Shown: piece by piece, positions 38,802 through 49,272 of the stretch | Layout of the letters: each line of letters opens with the position of its first letter | How positions within the stretch are numbered: the stretch's first letter is position 1 | Origin: an uncultured Burkholderiaceae bacterium | GTDB lineage: Bacteria > Pseudomonadota > Gammaproteobacteria > Burkholderiales > Burkholderiaceae_C | Length of the DNA stretch: 64,000 nucleotides | Direction of reading: 5' to 3' | Assembly (NCBI GenBank): GCA_964478285.1 | Contig: CAYZHE010000011.1 | Coordinates: 4,226-68,225, forward strand | Made by a program: the position numbers and the translations under genes | The notes under the pieces: generated by a model | What the model was told of the DNA's origin: nothing | The model's input: the letters and a program-made list of their open reading frames with translations, nothing else | Databases searched by the model: none

Positions 38802-39482
38802 TCAAACCTTGCGCGCAATTCCAACAGGGATATTCCCAACTTCTCGCCATATCGCGCTATTGAACCACTCGTCACCTGTCAGCGCTTGGCGCAGCATCGG
38901 CAGTGCATCCAGCCCCCAAAACAATTCCCCGCGCCACTCGCAAGTCGGCACGCCGAAGACACCGCGCGCCAACGCTTGCTCCGTGTTGTCGATCAGCAGT
39001 TGCTTGACCACCTCAGGGCTCAGATCCGGCGCGCCTGGATAGGCCTTCGTTCGATGTGCTTGTAATACTGCGTGCAAATCGGACAAGCGATCGGCATCCA
39101 AGGGATCCAGTCCTTGCTGCCAGACATGGTCCAGAACCATTTGCGTGACCCACCGGTTGGTGAACCCACTGCCGTCAGTGGCCGCCAATGCGCTCCGAGT
39201 CAGCTGCAAAGGGTTGAAGGGATGAGCCACAGGCATGGCCATCGGAAGACCCATCTCGCGGGCTTGCCACAAGACTTGCCGATAAGTCCACTCGCGCTTG
39301 CCAGCAATTTCAGCCGGCCCCTTTTGTCCACCCGCTTTCAGGAGTGCGCCAAATAGAACCGGTCGGTAACGCACTTGGACACTGATTCCTTGGAGCGCAT
39401 CAGGCAAGGCGTGAAAGGCCAGGTATGCGTAGGGTGAAATAGGGTCGTAATAAAAATCAATGGTGCTCGGATCACTTGCCAT
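38802..39482 (-). CDS. 2-hydroxychromene-2-carboxylate isomerase family protein (DsbA-like thioredoxin fold)
   Basis: IDFYYDPISPYAYLAF and GVFGVPTCEWRGELFWGLD are typical of the HCCA isomerase / GST-kappa-like family. ATG is at 39482. Confidence 0.8.
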   Translation of the reverse strand: MASDPSTIDFYYDPISPYAYLAFHALPDALQGISVQVRYRPVLFGALLKAGGQKGPAEIAGKREWTYRQVLWQAREMGLPMAMPVAHPFNPLQLTRSALAATDGSGFTNRWVTQMVLDHVWQQGLDPLDADRLSDLHAVLQAHRTKAYPGAPDLSPEVVKQLLIDNTEQALARGVFGVPTCEWRGELFWGLDALPMLRQALTGDEWFNSAIWREVGNIPVGIARKV

Positions 39483-39714
39483 GTAAGACCCCTTTGGTCG
39501 CCTGTTCGCGCGCCAAAATTTGTTGCCAAATCCCTGTCTTGTCGGCGTCCGACAGGGTGGACCACTGCGCAATTTCATCCAATGTCCGATAACAGCCTGA
39601 GCAAAAGCCCGCGCCAGCCTCCATCCGACAGACCGATACACAAGGACTCAGAACGGCAGAGCTGCGCTGGCTCCGCTCGTAGACCATCTGCAAACGACTG
39701 CGGCTCACGTTCAT
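39472..39714 (-). CDS. DUF1289 domain-containing protein
   Basis: The SPCVSVCRMEAGAGFCSGCYRTLDEIAQW motif (CxxxC...CxxC) is characteristic of DUF1289, and the protein is 80 aa. Confidence 0.7.
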   Translation of the reverse strand: MNVSRSRLQMVYERSQRSSAVLSPCVSVCRMEAGAGFCSGCYRTLDEIAQWSTLSDADKTGIWQQILAREQATKGVLHGK

Positions 39715-40253
39715 TGCACATCCTCCACCACATCTTGGAAATGGGCTCCAGTCAATGGCTCCAGCCTATCCACAGGAATTTGAAACACCGCATGGGGGTG
39801 TCCAGCTGCTGCCCAAACTGACTCAAACCGCAACAATGACCGATCTATGAGGGTGATACCGACCTTCGCGTGCGCGATCGGTGGCACGCCTCCAATCGCA
39901 AAGCCAGTTGCGTCCCGCACGTCGTCGGCCGTCGCTTTGGCCAGGCGTTGCCCTTGCGTGCAAACGATGCCTTGGACTTTCGCAGTATCAACGCGGCGAT
40001 CACCGGCGGTAATCACCAGCACATGAACGCCATCCGGTTGCTGCATGAAGACGATGCTTTTGGCAATTTGGCCTAGGTCGACACCCAAGGCGTCTGCCGC
40101 TTGCTGAGCGGTGCGAGCAGCACCATCGAGCATCACTGGTCGATGCACATGGCCTGCCGCTTGAAGCACTTCGACGACCCGCTGCACACTGGCTGGCCAT
40201 GCAGATTGAGCATTGCGCGCCGATGTGCTGGCATATTCATTGGCGTGGCTCAT
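39711..40253 (-). CDS. YbaK/EbsC-family (aminoacyl-tRNA editing domain) protein
   Basis: IAKSIVFMQQ...VLVITAGDRRVD...FAIGGVPPIAH resembles the YbaK/ProRS-associated domain, and the protein is 180 aa. Confidence 0.8.
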   Translation of the reverse strand: MSHANEYASTSARNAQSAWPASVQRVVEVLQAAGHVHRPVMLDGAARTAQQAADALGVDLGQIAKSIVFMQQPDGVHVLVITAGDRRVDTAKVQGIVCTQGQRLAKATADDVRDATGFAIGGVPPIAHAKVGITLIDRSLLRFESVWAAAGHPHAVFQIPVDRLEPLTGAHFQDVVEDVQ

Positions 40254-40265
40254 TCGGCGATCCTC

Positions 40266-41177
40266 TCAGGCAGCGGCCCGCTGCTTGAGTTTGGCGACTG
40301 AGACTCGCCCATTGGGCGCACGACCCAAAAAACGGCTGATGGCGTCTGCAGTGTCGATCAACTGTTCCAAATCAATGCCTGTGTCGATGCCCATGCCGTG
40401 CAACATATAGACCACGTCTTCGGTCGCAACATTGCCGGTCGCGCCTTTGGCATAAGGGCAGCCTCCCAGCCCAGCAACAGACGTCTCAAACACCCGAATC
40501 CCCAGTTCTAAAGATGCCAAAGTGTTGGCCAAGGCTTGGCCGTAAGTGTCGTGAAAGTGACCGCTGACTTGCGCCACATCGTAGTGCCGCAATGCGGCCT
40601 CCATAGCCGCCTGCACCCGCCGCGGGGTACCGACTCCAATCGTATCTGCCACAGCGATGCGCTCTACGCCGATGTCTTTCATGAGGCGGGCCACGTGTGC
40701 CACCGCCTCTGCAGACACATCCCCCTCATAAGGACAACCCACTGCGCATGAAATGGCGCCGCGCGTCGCTACTCCTGCAGCTCGAGCGGCTTCAACCACA
40801 GGGGCAAAGCGCTCCATCGACTCCGCCACCGAACAGTTGATGTTTTTCTGACTAAACGCCTCGCTGGCAGCACCAAACACCACCACCTCTCCGGGATGGC
40901 TCTCGAGAGCTGACTCTAGGCCCTTCATGTTTGGCGTCAACACGCTGTACACCACACCCGGGCTACGTTCCAAGCCAGACATCACGTCTGTGGCGTCAGC
41001 CATTTGTGGCACCCATTTGGGGCTGACAAAGCTGGTGGCTTCCAGATGGCGAATCCCCGCCCGGACCAGCCTGTGTATCAAATCGATCTTGACTGCCGCG
41101 GGAACGGCTTGTTTTTCATTTTGAAGCCCGTCACGCGGGCCAACATCAATGATGTCAACGGTAGTAGGTAATGCCAT
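40266..41177 (-). CDS. liuE: Hydroxymethylglutaryl-CoA lyase
   Basis: VGPRDGLQNE...GCPYA...TGNVATEDVVYML are canonical HMGL motifs. Confidence 0.9.
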   Translation of the reverse strand: MALPTTVDIIDVGPRDGLQNEKQAVPAAVKIDLIHRLVRAGIRHLEATSFVSPKWVPQMADATDVMSGLERSPGVVYSVLTPNMKGLESALESHPGEVVVFGAASEAFSQKNINCSVAESMERFAPVVEAARAAGVATRGAISCAVGCPYEGDVSAEAVAHVARLMKDIGVERIAVADTIGVGTPRRVQAAMEAALRHYDVAQVSGHFHDTYGQALANTLASLELGIRVFETSVAGLGGCPYAKGATGNVATEDVVYMLHGMGIDTGIDLEQLIDTADAISRFLGRAPNGRVSVAKLKQRAAA

Positions 41178-41199
41178 GGCGAAGATTGGAATTCAGTTT

Positions 41200-42132
41200 T
41201 CAGTATGAGCGAATCGGATCAACCACGCCAACCATCGGGTTGTTGAACAACCAAGCTTCGATGTTTCTCGTGATGCTTTGTATTGCCTCAGGCATCCAGG
41301 TTTGGGCGGCAATATGGGGGGTGCCGATGACTTGGGGGAGTTGCCTCAAAGCGTGGTCTGGCGGCAAGGGTTCCTCTTCAAACACATCCAATGCGGCGCC
41401 CGCTAGATGTCCGCTTTGGATGGCAGCCACCAATGCATCTGTATCGATCAGCCCACCGCGTGCGAGGTTGATGACGTAAGCCTCTCGAGGCAACAGCCCC
41501 AAATTGTGCGCATTCAGCACACGGTGGGTCTCAGGCGTGAGAGGCAACAGCAAGACCAACACTTGGGAAGCACTTAAAAACGCAGGCAACCCCTCGAATC
41601 CGTGGTGATGAACCAGGTCAGTGCCGCTTTTGGCAGAGCGACTCCATGCATGCACAGCATAGCCCCTCGATTTCAGGGCTTGCGCGACTTTTGATCCCAA
41701 CGCGCCGTACCCCATGATCCCGATGCTCCACGTCCCTGCAGGACGCACAGCGCGTGGATTCCAATCGCCAGCCCGCCATTCGTGCTCATACCGGGCGAAT
41801 GCCCGGGTGTGGCGCGTCACGGCATACAGCGCATAGTCCACCATCTGTTCGGCCATGCCCGCGTCTTCCAAGCGCACAACCTGCATGGCTGCTGGGCGCT
41901 TCAGCCGCCACAAAACGTCTACGCCGGCCCCCAAGTGAAACAATACTTTCAATCCGGGTTGCTCGTCCAACAACTGTTGAGGAGGTGACCATGCGATCGC
42001 CAGTTCGGCTGCAACTTCACCTGGCTGCCATTTCACAACATCCCAATCAGGCAAAGCGTGTTGCAGCGATGTCAACCACTGCGCCTCTTGCGCAGAAGGA
42101 TGATGAAACAAGATGCGTTTGCGAAGGGTCAT
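41200..42132 (-). CDS. D-isomer-specific 2-hydroxyacid dehydrogenase (glyoxylate/hydroxypyruvate reductase A-like)
   Basis: It has the NAD-binding motif IGIMGYGALGSKVA, the catalytic region NLARGGLID...TPHIAA, and is 310 aa. Confidence 0.8.
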   Translation of the reverse strand: MTLRKRILFHHPSAQEAQWLTSLQHALPDWDVVKWQPGEVAAELAIAWSPPQQLLDEQPGLKVLFHLGAGVDVLWRLKRPAAMQVVRLEDAGMAEQMVDYALYAVTRHTRAFARYEHEWRAGDWNPRAVRPAGTWSIGIMGYGALGSKVAQALKSRGYAVHAWSRSAKSGTDLVHHHGFEGLPAFLSASQVLVLLLPLTPETHRVLNAHNLGLLPREAYVINLARGGLIDTDALVAAIQSGHLAGAALDVFEEEPLPPDHALRQLPQVIGTPHIAAQTWMPEAIQSITRNIEAWLFNNPMVGVVDPIRSY

Positions 42133-42157
42133 GCAGGGCCTAGTAGGTCTGAGGGTA

Positions 42158-44167
42158 TCAGTCTGCCATCGTCAACAACTCCGCTCCGTCACCAACTTGA
42201 TCTCCAGGCGCAATCATGACCTCACCGATGACTCCGTCTTTGGAAGCAACAATGCTGTGTTCCATTTTCATCGCCTCAAGCACGGCCAGCAATTGGCCTT
42301 TTTTCACAACATCCCCAGGCACCACATCGACACGCAACACCTTGCCCGGCATCGGTGCCTTGAGGTGACCGCCGCCTGCATCATCATCGCTAGCCCGATC
42401 CATAGGGTCGACCCAGGTCAATGATGCAGCGCCTTCCCGCGTGAATACGTGGCACTGAGCACCGACCACTTCTACATCCACTCGTCCGCGCCAGTTGCCC
42501 ACTTGGATATCCCCGCGCTGATCACGGCGCCAATCACGCAGCAGCCAGCCTCTCGCGTCATCATCTGCAAACAAACGCAACTCACCATCTCGAGCGACCC
42601 GCAATTCCAACCGGTGCAATACATCGCCACACTTGACCTCGAACCATTGCTGACGTACGCCAAAACCAACCCAATGGTCGGCCCGACTCCAAGGATCAAC
42701 ACCTTCCCGTTCCGTCACTTGCGCTAGTTGATGCAACACCGCTGCACCCCAAACAACCTGCAGTGGCAATGAGGGTTGACCGAACAGTTGTGCTGCCTCG
42801 CGCTCGATCAATGCTGTGTCTAGCGTGGGCAGCTGAAAAGATGGTGTCCGAATCAAGCGACGCAAAAATTGGACATTGGTGTGCACCCCGACGATTCGGG
42901 TGAGTGCGAGCGCCGCGTCTAATTTGGCCAGGGCCTCCGTGCGGTCTGCGCCGTGCACAATCAGCTTGGCAACCATCGAGTCATAAAACGGCGATATCTC
43001 ATCCCCCTCTCGAACGCCTGCATCCCAACGCACTGGCGCCCGGTCAAACGCGCTGGAAGGCGGTGGACTGAGTCGATGCAAACGACCAATCGCAGGTAAA
43101 AATTGTTGGTCGGGATTTTCTGCACAAATGCGGGCCTCAATCGCGTGTCCTTTGACTTGCACATCAGATTGCTGCATCGGCAGGCGTTCGCCGCTGGCCA
43201 CACGCAACTGCCATTCCACCAAATCCAAACCAGTGATCGCCTCTGTGACTGGATGCTCGACTTGCAAACGAGTGTTCATTTCCATGAAATAAAACTTCAT
43301 GGTCTCCGGACTGTCATAAGCAGTTTGCTCAACAATGAATTCAACCGTCCCCGCTCCAACATAGTTCACGGCTTTTGCGGCTGCAATCGCCGCAGCGCCC
43401 ATGGCCTCCCTAAGCGCCTCCGGCATACCCGGCGCAGGGGCTTCTTCCAGCACCTTTTGATGCCGACGCTGGACCGAACAATCGCGTTCATACAGATGAA
43501 TCACGTTGCCATGTTGATCGCCAAACACTTGGATCTCAATGTGCCGAGGACGCTGGACGTATTTTTCAATCAATACCGCGTCATCCCCAAAACTCTTGCT
43601 GGCCTCGCGTTGGCAAGACGCCAATGCTGCGTTGAAGTCGGTCGGCGCATTGACGACGCGCATCCCTTTGCCACCACCGCCCGCACTTGCCTTGATCAAC
43701 ACCGGATAGCCAATGTTGTCAGCCTGAGACTGCAGAAATTTTGGCTCCTGATTTTTCCCGTGATAGCCCGGTACCAAAGGGACACCGGCAGACTCCATCA
43801 AACGCTTGCTTTCTGCTTTGAGGCCCATTGCCTCGATTGACGATGCCGACGGGCCGATAAACACCACCCCCGCTGCCAAACAGGCTTGCGCAAACGCTGC
43901 GTTTTCAGATAAAAAACCATATCCTGGATGGATTGCCTGCGCACCTGTCTCTTTGGCCGCTTGGAGGATCGCCTCCCAACGCAAGTAACTGTCAGCCGGC
44001 GCGCTTCCCCCGATATGTACAGCCTCATCACAAGCCTGAACATGGGCGGCGCACGCATCTGCATCAGAGTACACCGCGACCGTTCGGATGCCCATGCGGC
44101 GAGCCGTCGCTGCCACGCGACACGCAATCTCACCTCGGTTGGCAATCAATATTTTGCTGAACATCAT
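42158..44167 (-). CDS. liuD: 3-methylcrotonyl-CoA carboxylase alpha subunit (biotin carboxylase plus BCCP domain)
   Basis: The N-terminus KILIANRGEIACRV, the ATP-grasp domain and the C-terminal biotinyl motif LEAMKMEH support the call. The start ATG shares a base with the liuC stop (TGATG). Confidence 0.9.
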   Translation of the reverse strand: MMFSKILIANRGEIACRVAATARRMGIRTVAVYSDADACAAHVQACDEAVHIGGSAPADSYLRWEAILQAAKETGAQAIHPGYGFLSENAAFAQACLAAGVVFIGPSASSIEAMGLKAESKRLMESAGVPLVPGYHGKNQEPKFLQSQADNIGYPVLIKASAGGGGKGMRVVNAPTDFNAALASCQREASKSFGDDAVLIEKYVQRPRHIEIQVFGDQHGNVIHLYERDCSVQRRHQKVLEEAPAPGMPEALREAMGAAAIAAAKAVNYVGAGTVEFIVEQTAYDSPETMKFYFMEMNTRLQVEHPVTEAITGLDLVEWQLRVASGERLPMQQSDVQVKGHAIEARICAENPDQQFLPAIGRLHRLSPPPSSAFDRAPVRWDAGVREGDEISPFYDSMVAKLIVHGADRTEALAKLDAALALTRIVGVHTNVQFLRRLIRTPSFQLPTLDTALIEREAAQLFGQPSLPLQVVWGAAVLHQLAQVTEREGVDPWSRADHWVGFGVRQQWFEVKCGDVLHRLELRVARDGELRLFADDDARGWLLRDWRRDQRGDIQVGNWRGRVDVEVVGAQCHVFTREGAASLTWVDPMDRASDDDAGGGHLKAPMPGKVLRVDVVPGDVVKKGQLLAVLEAMKMEHSIVASKDGVIGEVMIAPGDQVGDGAELLTMAD

Positions 44168-44958
44168 CACGTCCCCAGCCACTTTGGGGCGCGCTTTTCA
44201 AGGAACGACGACACACCCTCTTTCCCCTCATCTGTCGCGCGAATGTCCGCAATCCGGCGTGCCGTCTCTGACCGCAATTCCGCATCGATCTGCCGCTGGC
44301 CAACATCACGCACCAACTGCTTTGATGCCCTCACAGCTGCAGGGCCACAGCCCAGAATGGCGTCGACGATTGATTGGATGCGCGCATCGAGTTGCTCTGC
44401 CGGGACAATTTCATGCACCAAACCGCAATCTGCTGCCACCTGAGCACTGAATCGCTCGGCCGTCACAAAGTAACGTTGCGCCGCTCGGTACCCCATCGAC
44501 CGAACCACATAAGGGCTGATGGTTGCAGGGATCAAACCGAGTCGAACCTCACTGAGGCAAAACGTGGCCTCAGGCACACTCACCACGATGTCTGACTGGG
44601 CGCACAAGCCCATGCCTCCCGCATAACAATCCCCATGGACCCGCCCAACGATCGGTACCTGGCACGCTTCGATCATGGCCATCATGTCCGCCATGGCTTG
44701 AGCATCCCGGCGATTGTCCTCCCAATCGTAATCAGCCATTGCCCGCATCCAATTGAGATCTCCGCCCGCACAAAACGCTTTGCCATGCCCACCGAGCACC
44801 ACCACCTTCGCTTGCGGATCGCCGTGGATGCGCTCAAAAGCCAGATGCAATGCCTGGATGACCTCGCTGTTGAATGCGTTGCGAACCTCCGGACGATTCA
44901 AATAAACGCGCCATACACCCGCATCGCTGCGTTCGACATCTAATAAATTTTGTGACAT
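44167..44958 (-). CDS. liuC: Enoyl-CoA hydratase (methylglutaconyl-CoA hydratase)
   Basis: It is crotonase fold (GHGKAFCAGGDLNWM) and sits between the MCCase beta and alpha genes. ATG 44958 has GAGG 6 nt upstream. Confidence 0.85.
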   Translation of the reverse strand: MSQNLLDVERSDAGVWRVYLNRPEVRNAFNSEVIQALHLAFERIHGDPQAKVVVLGGHGKAFCAGGDLNWMRAMADYDWEDNRRDAQAMADMMAMIEACQVPIVGRVHGDCYAGGMGLCAQSDIVVSVPEATFCLSEVRLGLIPATISPYVVRSMGYRAAQRYFVTAERFSAQVAADCGLVHEIVPAEQLDARIQSIVDAILGCGPAAVRASKQLVRDVGQRQIDAELRSETARRIADIRATDEGKEGVSSFLEKRAPKWLGT

Positions 44959-44966
44959 GGTTGACC

Positions 44967-46574
44967 TCACATGCGAAAGACGCCAAATCGCGTCTCAGGA
45001 ATCGGTGCATTCAACGCGGCAGACAGTCCCAACGCCAACACGCGTCGAGTGTCTGCTGGGTCGATGACGCCGTCGTCCCACAGGCGGGCGCTGGCGTAAT
45101 AGGGGTGGCCTTGGAGCTCGTATTGTTCTTTGATCGGCGCTTTGAATGCTGCTTCTTCGTCTGGGCTCCACTGACCACCTTTGGATTCGATGCCATCGCG
45201 CTTGACGGTCGCCAAAACGCTGGCGGCTTGTTCTCCGCCCATCACGCTGATGCGCGCATTCGGCCACATCCAAAGGAATCGCGGGGAGTAGGCGCGTCCG
45301 CACATCCCATAGTTGCCAGCACCAAAGCTGCCTCCAATGATGACCGTGAATTTCGGCACCTGTGCGGTAGCGACCGCCGTGACCATCTTGGCACCGTTGC
45401 GAGCAATACCCTCGTTTTCATATTTGCGCCCGACCATGAAACCGGTGATGTTCTGTAAAAAAACCAAAGGGATTTTTCGCTTGGCACACAGCTCAATGAA
45501 ATGCGCGCCTTTGAGCGCACTTTCAGAAAACAATATCCCGTTGTTGGCCACGATCCCCACCGGCATCCCTTCAATATGTGCAAACCCACACACCAGTGTG
45601 GCGCCGTAGCGCGACTTGAATTCGTCAAACTCACTGTGGTCTGCAATGCGGGCGATGATTTCACGCACATCGAAAGGCTGACGAGTGTCGGTCGGAATCA
45701 CGCCGTATAACTCTTTGGGATCAAAACGAGGTGCATGGGGAGTTCGCAAAGCGATATCGATGGTTTTTCGACGGTTCAAATTGCCAACAGACTGGCGGGC
45801 CAGTGCAATCGCGTGGACGTCGTCTTGCGCCAAGTAATCAGCGACGCCAGACAAGCGTGTATGCACGTCACCGCCGCCCAAATCCTCTGCACTCACGATC
45901 TCGCCTGTGGCGGCCTTGACCAGCGGTGGTCCACCTAAAAAAATCGTGCCCTGGTTTTTGACAATGATGGCCTCATCACTCATCGCCGGCACGTACGCGC
46001 CCCCTGCGGTGCAAGAGCCCATGACCACCGCAATTTGCGCAATCCCTTTCGCACTCATATTGGCTTGATTGAAAAAGATGCGTCCAAAGTGCTCTCGATC
46101 TGGGAACACCTCATCTTGGTTGGGCAAATTGGCCCCCCCTGAGTCGACCAAATACACACAGGGCAATTGGTTTTCTTCAGCAATTTCCTGCGCTCGCAAA
46201 TGTTTTTTGACTGTCATGGGGTAATAGGTCCCCCCTTTCACTGTGGCGTCATTGCAGACAATGACACACTCCACCCCCGCGATGCGACCAATCCCAGTGA
46301 TGATCCCAGCACTCGGTGCAGCGCCCTCGTACATGCCGTGCGCAGCCAAAGGTGACAGCTCCAAAAAAGGAGTGCCCGGGTCAAGCAAACGCTGCACACG
46401 TTCACGAGGCAACAACTTGCCGCGAGCGACGTGCTTGGCTCTGGCCGCCTCCCCGCCGCCGAGTGATGCTTGATGAACTTGCGCGTTCAAATCGTCGACC
46501 AATGCCTGCATCGCTTGCGCATTCGCAGCGAAGGCGGCCGACCGTGTGTTGAGTTGCGTTTCGAGAACTGTCAT
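44967..46574 (-). CDS. liuB: 3-methylcrotonyl-CoA carboxylase beta subunit (carboxyltransferase)
   Basis: It is 535 aa from ATG 46574 ([12 protein letters not shown]...) and carboxyltransferase-like throughout ([27 protein letters not shown]). The track start 46793 is an over-extension. Confidence 0.9.
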   Translation of the reverse strand: MTVLETQLNTRSAAFAANAQAMQALVDDLNAQVHQASLGGGEAARAKHVARGKLLPRERVQRLLDPGTPFLELSPLAAHGMYEGAAPSAGIITGIGRIAGVECVIVCNDATVKGGTYYPMTVKKHLRAQEIAEENQLPCVYLVDSGGANLPNQDEVFPDREHFGRIFFNQANMSAKGIAQIAVVMGSCTAGGAYVPAMSDEAIIVKNQGTIFLGGPPLVKAATGEIVSAEDLGGGDVHTRLSGVADYLAQDDVHAIALARQSVGNLNRRKTIDIALRTPHAPRFDPKELYGVIPTDTRQPFDVREIIARIADHSEFDEFKSRYGATLVCGFAHIEGMPVGIVANNGILFSESALKGAHFIELCAKRKIPLVFLQNITGFMVGRKYENEGIARNGAKMVTAVATAQVPKFTVIIGGSFGAGNYGMCGRAYSPRFLWMWPNARISVMGGEQAASVLATVKRDGIESKGGQWSPDEEAAFKAPIKEQYELQGHPYYASARLWDDGVIDPADTRRVLALGLSAALNAPIPETRFGVFRM

Positions 46575-46670
46575 GGAGATCCAACCGAGGTTGAAAGAAA
46601 AAACAGCACCCAGCTTAATGCGAATTAGTGCGCAATGTGCGACACTACGGTTGCAATTTCTGCCAAACCA

Positions 46671-47720
46671 ATGAATAAGCCTAAACCCATCATTGCCGGC
46701 CAAAAGGCCACGCCGATGCACTACGCGAGGCAGATGGTGTCGGCACTCGAGGCCAAAGGTATGGCGTGGATGGACATCATCGAAGAGGTGCAAATTGCGC
46801 CAGAACTTTTACACAAGGCTTCAGCCCGGATCACCGCGACTCAAATGGAGTCTTTGTCCGCACTGGTGATGAGGCGACTGAATGATGAGGCACTGGGGTG
46901 GTTTGAACGCAACTTGGCCTGGGGAAGCTACGGCATGCTCGCGCGAGCCTCCTTGAACGCCACGAATCTCGAAGTGGCACTCAAACGGTGGTGCCGGCAC
47001 CACGGCCTCCTCACTCAGGCGGTGACGATGCGCGTGTTTGTGGAGCGTGATAGCGCGAGCATTGAGTTGGATGCACATGGCGTTGCCCCCGCAAACATCG
47101 AGTTTTGTTCGGTCACTCTGCTTCGCAACATCATGGGCTTTGCCAGTTGGATCATCGACTCTCGGATTGCGATGCGACACGCCGCATTTGCCTATCCACC
47201 GCCTGAGCACGTCGGTGCCTACGCGGACCTGTTTCCCTGCGAAGTGAACTTTCACGCGCCACTGACCCGTGTGTCATTTGATGCGGCGTACTTGCGCCTG
47301 CCAACGTGTCGACACGAAGATGAGTTGAACGCCATGTTGCAAAGGGCTTTGCCACTGACTGTGAGGCACTACCCCAAAGACCGCCTGCTCGTGGAACGCG
47401 TACAGCGGCTGTTGCGCACCTCACCGAAACTGTGGCGCGACGCAGAATCGGTGGCAGATGCACTCTCGATTTCGGCTCGAAGCCTACACCGCCAATTGGC
47501 CGCAGAAGGCGCCCAATGGCAGGCTCTGAAAACCGAAGAGCGTATGCGCATGGCGAGCTCTTTGCTGCGGTATACCGACCGAGGTTTGAAACAAATCGCA
47601 GACGCCAGTGGCTTTGAGGATGTGAAAAGCTTTTCTCGCGCGTTCAAAGCCTGGAGCCACACCAGCCCCAACCAATTTCGCCGCGACCAGCGAAACGTGG
47701 TGGCTCAAACCGGGCGTTGA
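46671..47720 (+). CDS. AraC-family transcriptional regulator
   Basis: The C-terminal double HTH reads [17 protein letters not shown]...[25 protein letters not shown], and the gene is divergent from liuB. The start is uncertain (46635, 46671 or 46716). Confidence 0.8.
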   Translation: MNKPKPIIAGQKATPMHYARQMVSALEAKGMAWMDIIEEVQIAPELLHKASARITATQMESLSALVMRRLNDEALGWFERNLAWGSYGMLARASLNATNLEVALKRWCRHHGLLTQAVTMRVFVERDSASIELDAHGVAPANIEFCSVTLLRNIMGFASWIIDSRIAMRHAAFAYPPPEHVGAYADLFPCEVNFHAPLTRVSFDAAYLRLPTCRHEDELNAMLQRALPLTVRHYPKDRLLVERVQRLLRTSPKLWRDAESVADALSISARSLHRQLAAEGAQWQALKTEERMRMASSLLRYTDRGLKQIADASGFEDVKSFSRAFKAWSHTSPNQFRRDQRNVVAQTGR

Positions 47721-48388
47721 CGGTGGCGAAAATCCGCAGCCATCGAGACCAATGAGTCCCACTGGTCAACCGCACCTGCGGCACGCAAATCTTGTGGGCG
47801 CAAGCCCACAAACCCCCATACCGTTGCACCAGCGGCTACCCCGGCGCTCACGCCGACTGGTGAATCCTCGATCACCAAACATTGGCTGGCGTCTACACCG
47901 AGCGCCCGAGCACCTGCAAGGTAGACATCAGGGAAGGGTTTGCTGCGCGGCAACTCGTGCCCACTAAATACGCGGTCCGAGAAAAATGAACTGAGTCCAA
48001 GTTGATTAAGCATCAAGGTGAGCTTTTTGCGATCAGCGCCTGAACACACGGCGACTTTTCCACCGCAAAGCTCATGGGCCGATGCGACCATCTCTAACGC
48101 ACCGTTGACTAACTCCATGCGTGCGATCAATCGGCGATCGCGCTCAGCATAAAAGGCTTCCATCCAAGCATCGGTCAGGATCATGCCGGTGTTGGCCTCG
48201 ATGGTGGCAGTTTCGCTGCGTACCGTCTTGCCTACAAAAAAGTCCATGCATTCGGCAAGACTCATGCGCCAGCCAGATGCTGCCAACATGTCGCGCAACG
48301 CTGAGCACGTGATGGTTTCGCTGTCCACCAAGACGCCGTCACAATCAAATAAGACAGCTTCAAAAGGCTTTTTCTTATCAGTGGTCAT
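47705..48388 (-). CDS. HAD-superfamily hydrolase (beta-phosphoglucomutase-like subfamily IA)
   Basis: It has DxD motif I AVLFDCDGVLVDSE and motifs II-IV (SGADRK, IEDSPVGV). The ATG overlaps the ychJ-like stop (ATGA). Confidence 0.8.
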   Translation of the reverse strand: MTTDKKKPFEAVLFDCDGVLVDSETITCSALRDMLAASGWRMSLAECMDFFVGKTVRSETATIEANTGMILTDAWMEAFYAERDRRLIARMELVNGALEMVASAHELCGGKVAVCSGADRKKLTLMLNQLGLSSFFSDRVFSGHELPRSKPFPDVYLAGARALGVDASQCLVIEDSPVGVSAGVAAGATVWGFVGLRPQDLRAAGAVDQWDSLVSMAADFRHRQRPV

Positions 48389-48780
48389 GGTTGACTTCCG
48401 CTCACATAAAACCACTGCCCACCCTCGCGCACAAATTGACTCACCTCCTCTAGGCGATGTCCTCGCCCCCCTTCTCGGTAGCGGGCAACGAAATGAACCG
48501 TTGCACTTACATCATCGATCAGGAGGTGACGCTTGACATCGAGTCCCAGCCAGCGGGTGTCGGGATCGAGTACACAATCACTGGGACGCGTCGTCGGATG
48601 CCAAGTGTTTATTAAATGGGCTTCTGCGCCGGTCGCATAGGCTGTATAACGCGAGCGCATCAAGGCTTCGGCATCGGCAGCGTTGTACGGATTAGCGATC
48701 ACTGGACCGCAACAAGCACTCAGCGCAAGGGGCTTCCCCTTGTCACTGAGCGCCCCGCAAGGGCATACCTCGGTGCTCAC
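48385..48780 (-). CDS. YchJ-family (UPF0225, SEC-C motif) protein
   Basis: It has an N-terminal CPCG...CCG metal-binding motif, MRSRYTAYA and an NTF2-like core, and is 131 aa. Confidence 0.75.
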   Translation of the reverse strand: MSTEVCPCGALSDKGKPLALSACCGPVIANPYNAADAEALMRSRYTAYATGAEAHLINTWHPTTRPSDCVLDPDTRWLGLDVKRHLLIDDVSATVHFVARYREGGRGHRLEEVSQFVREGGQWFYVSGSQP

Positions 48781-49199
48781 TGGGACTTTTTCTTCGCCTT
48801 AGCTTCCTCGAGGGTCTCTATAGGAGCGCCTTTCTTTTTCCACGCGCCCCAGCCACCATCGATGTGTGCCACGTTGGTCATGCCCATGTCTTGCAGCGAC
48901 TTGGTCGCCAATGCACTGCGCCAGCCAGCGCCACAAAACAAGACAAATTCTTTGTCCTCATCAGCAAACACGGGCTTGTGATAAGGGGATTCTGGATCGA
49001 CCCAAAACTCAAGCATCCCACGTGGGGCATGCACACTGTCGACTGCCGTCCCTTCCGCCGCCAATTCACGCACATCTCGAATATCCACCAATACGAGCCG
49101 AGGGTCGTTCAAGCGGGCGATCACCTCGTCCACGGAGTAGGTCGTGACTTGGTCCATTGCCTCTTGGACGAGTTGGCGAAATCCTTTGGTGATCGGCAT
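48777..49199 (-). CDS. Rhodanese-like sulfurtransferase
   Basis: The active-site loop is FCGAGWRSA (CxxGxR). The protein is 140 aa, and its stop overlaps the downstream start (ATGA). Confidence 0.8.
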   Translation of the reverse strand: MPITKGFRQLVQEAMDQVTTYSVDEVIARLNDPRLVLVDIRDVRELAAEGTAVDSVHAPRGMLEFWVDPESPYHKPVFADEDKEFVLFCGAGWRSALATKSLQDMGMTNVAHIDGGWGAWKKKGAPIETLEEAKAKKKSQ

Positions 49200-49272
49200 G
49201 GTGACTCCTTTGCGTGTTTGGAAGTTGATTTTATGGGACGGGTGTGACCAGTTCTGAGGCCAGACTGGTTGC

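Noticed and set aside
41000-41020. TGGCAC hexamers as possible sigma-54 promoters (for example near 41005, 8635, 39885 and 44655)
   Set aside because: None is followed by TTGC(A/T) at the required 5-nt spacing, and all lie inside coding sequences.
46575-46670. A possible LiuR-type operator upstream of liuB in the liuB / AraC divergent region
   Set aside because: There is no ACGT-core palindrome comparable to the one at 55908-55938, only weak partial symmetry (TTAGTGCGCAATGTGCGACACTA) that I cannot support as a site.
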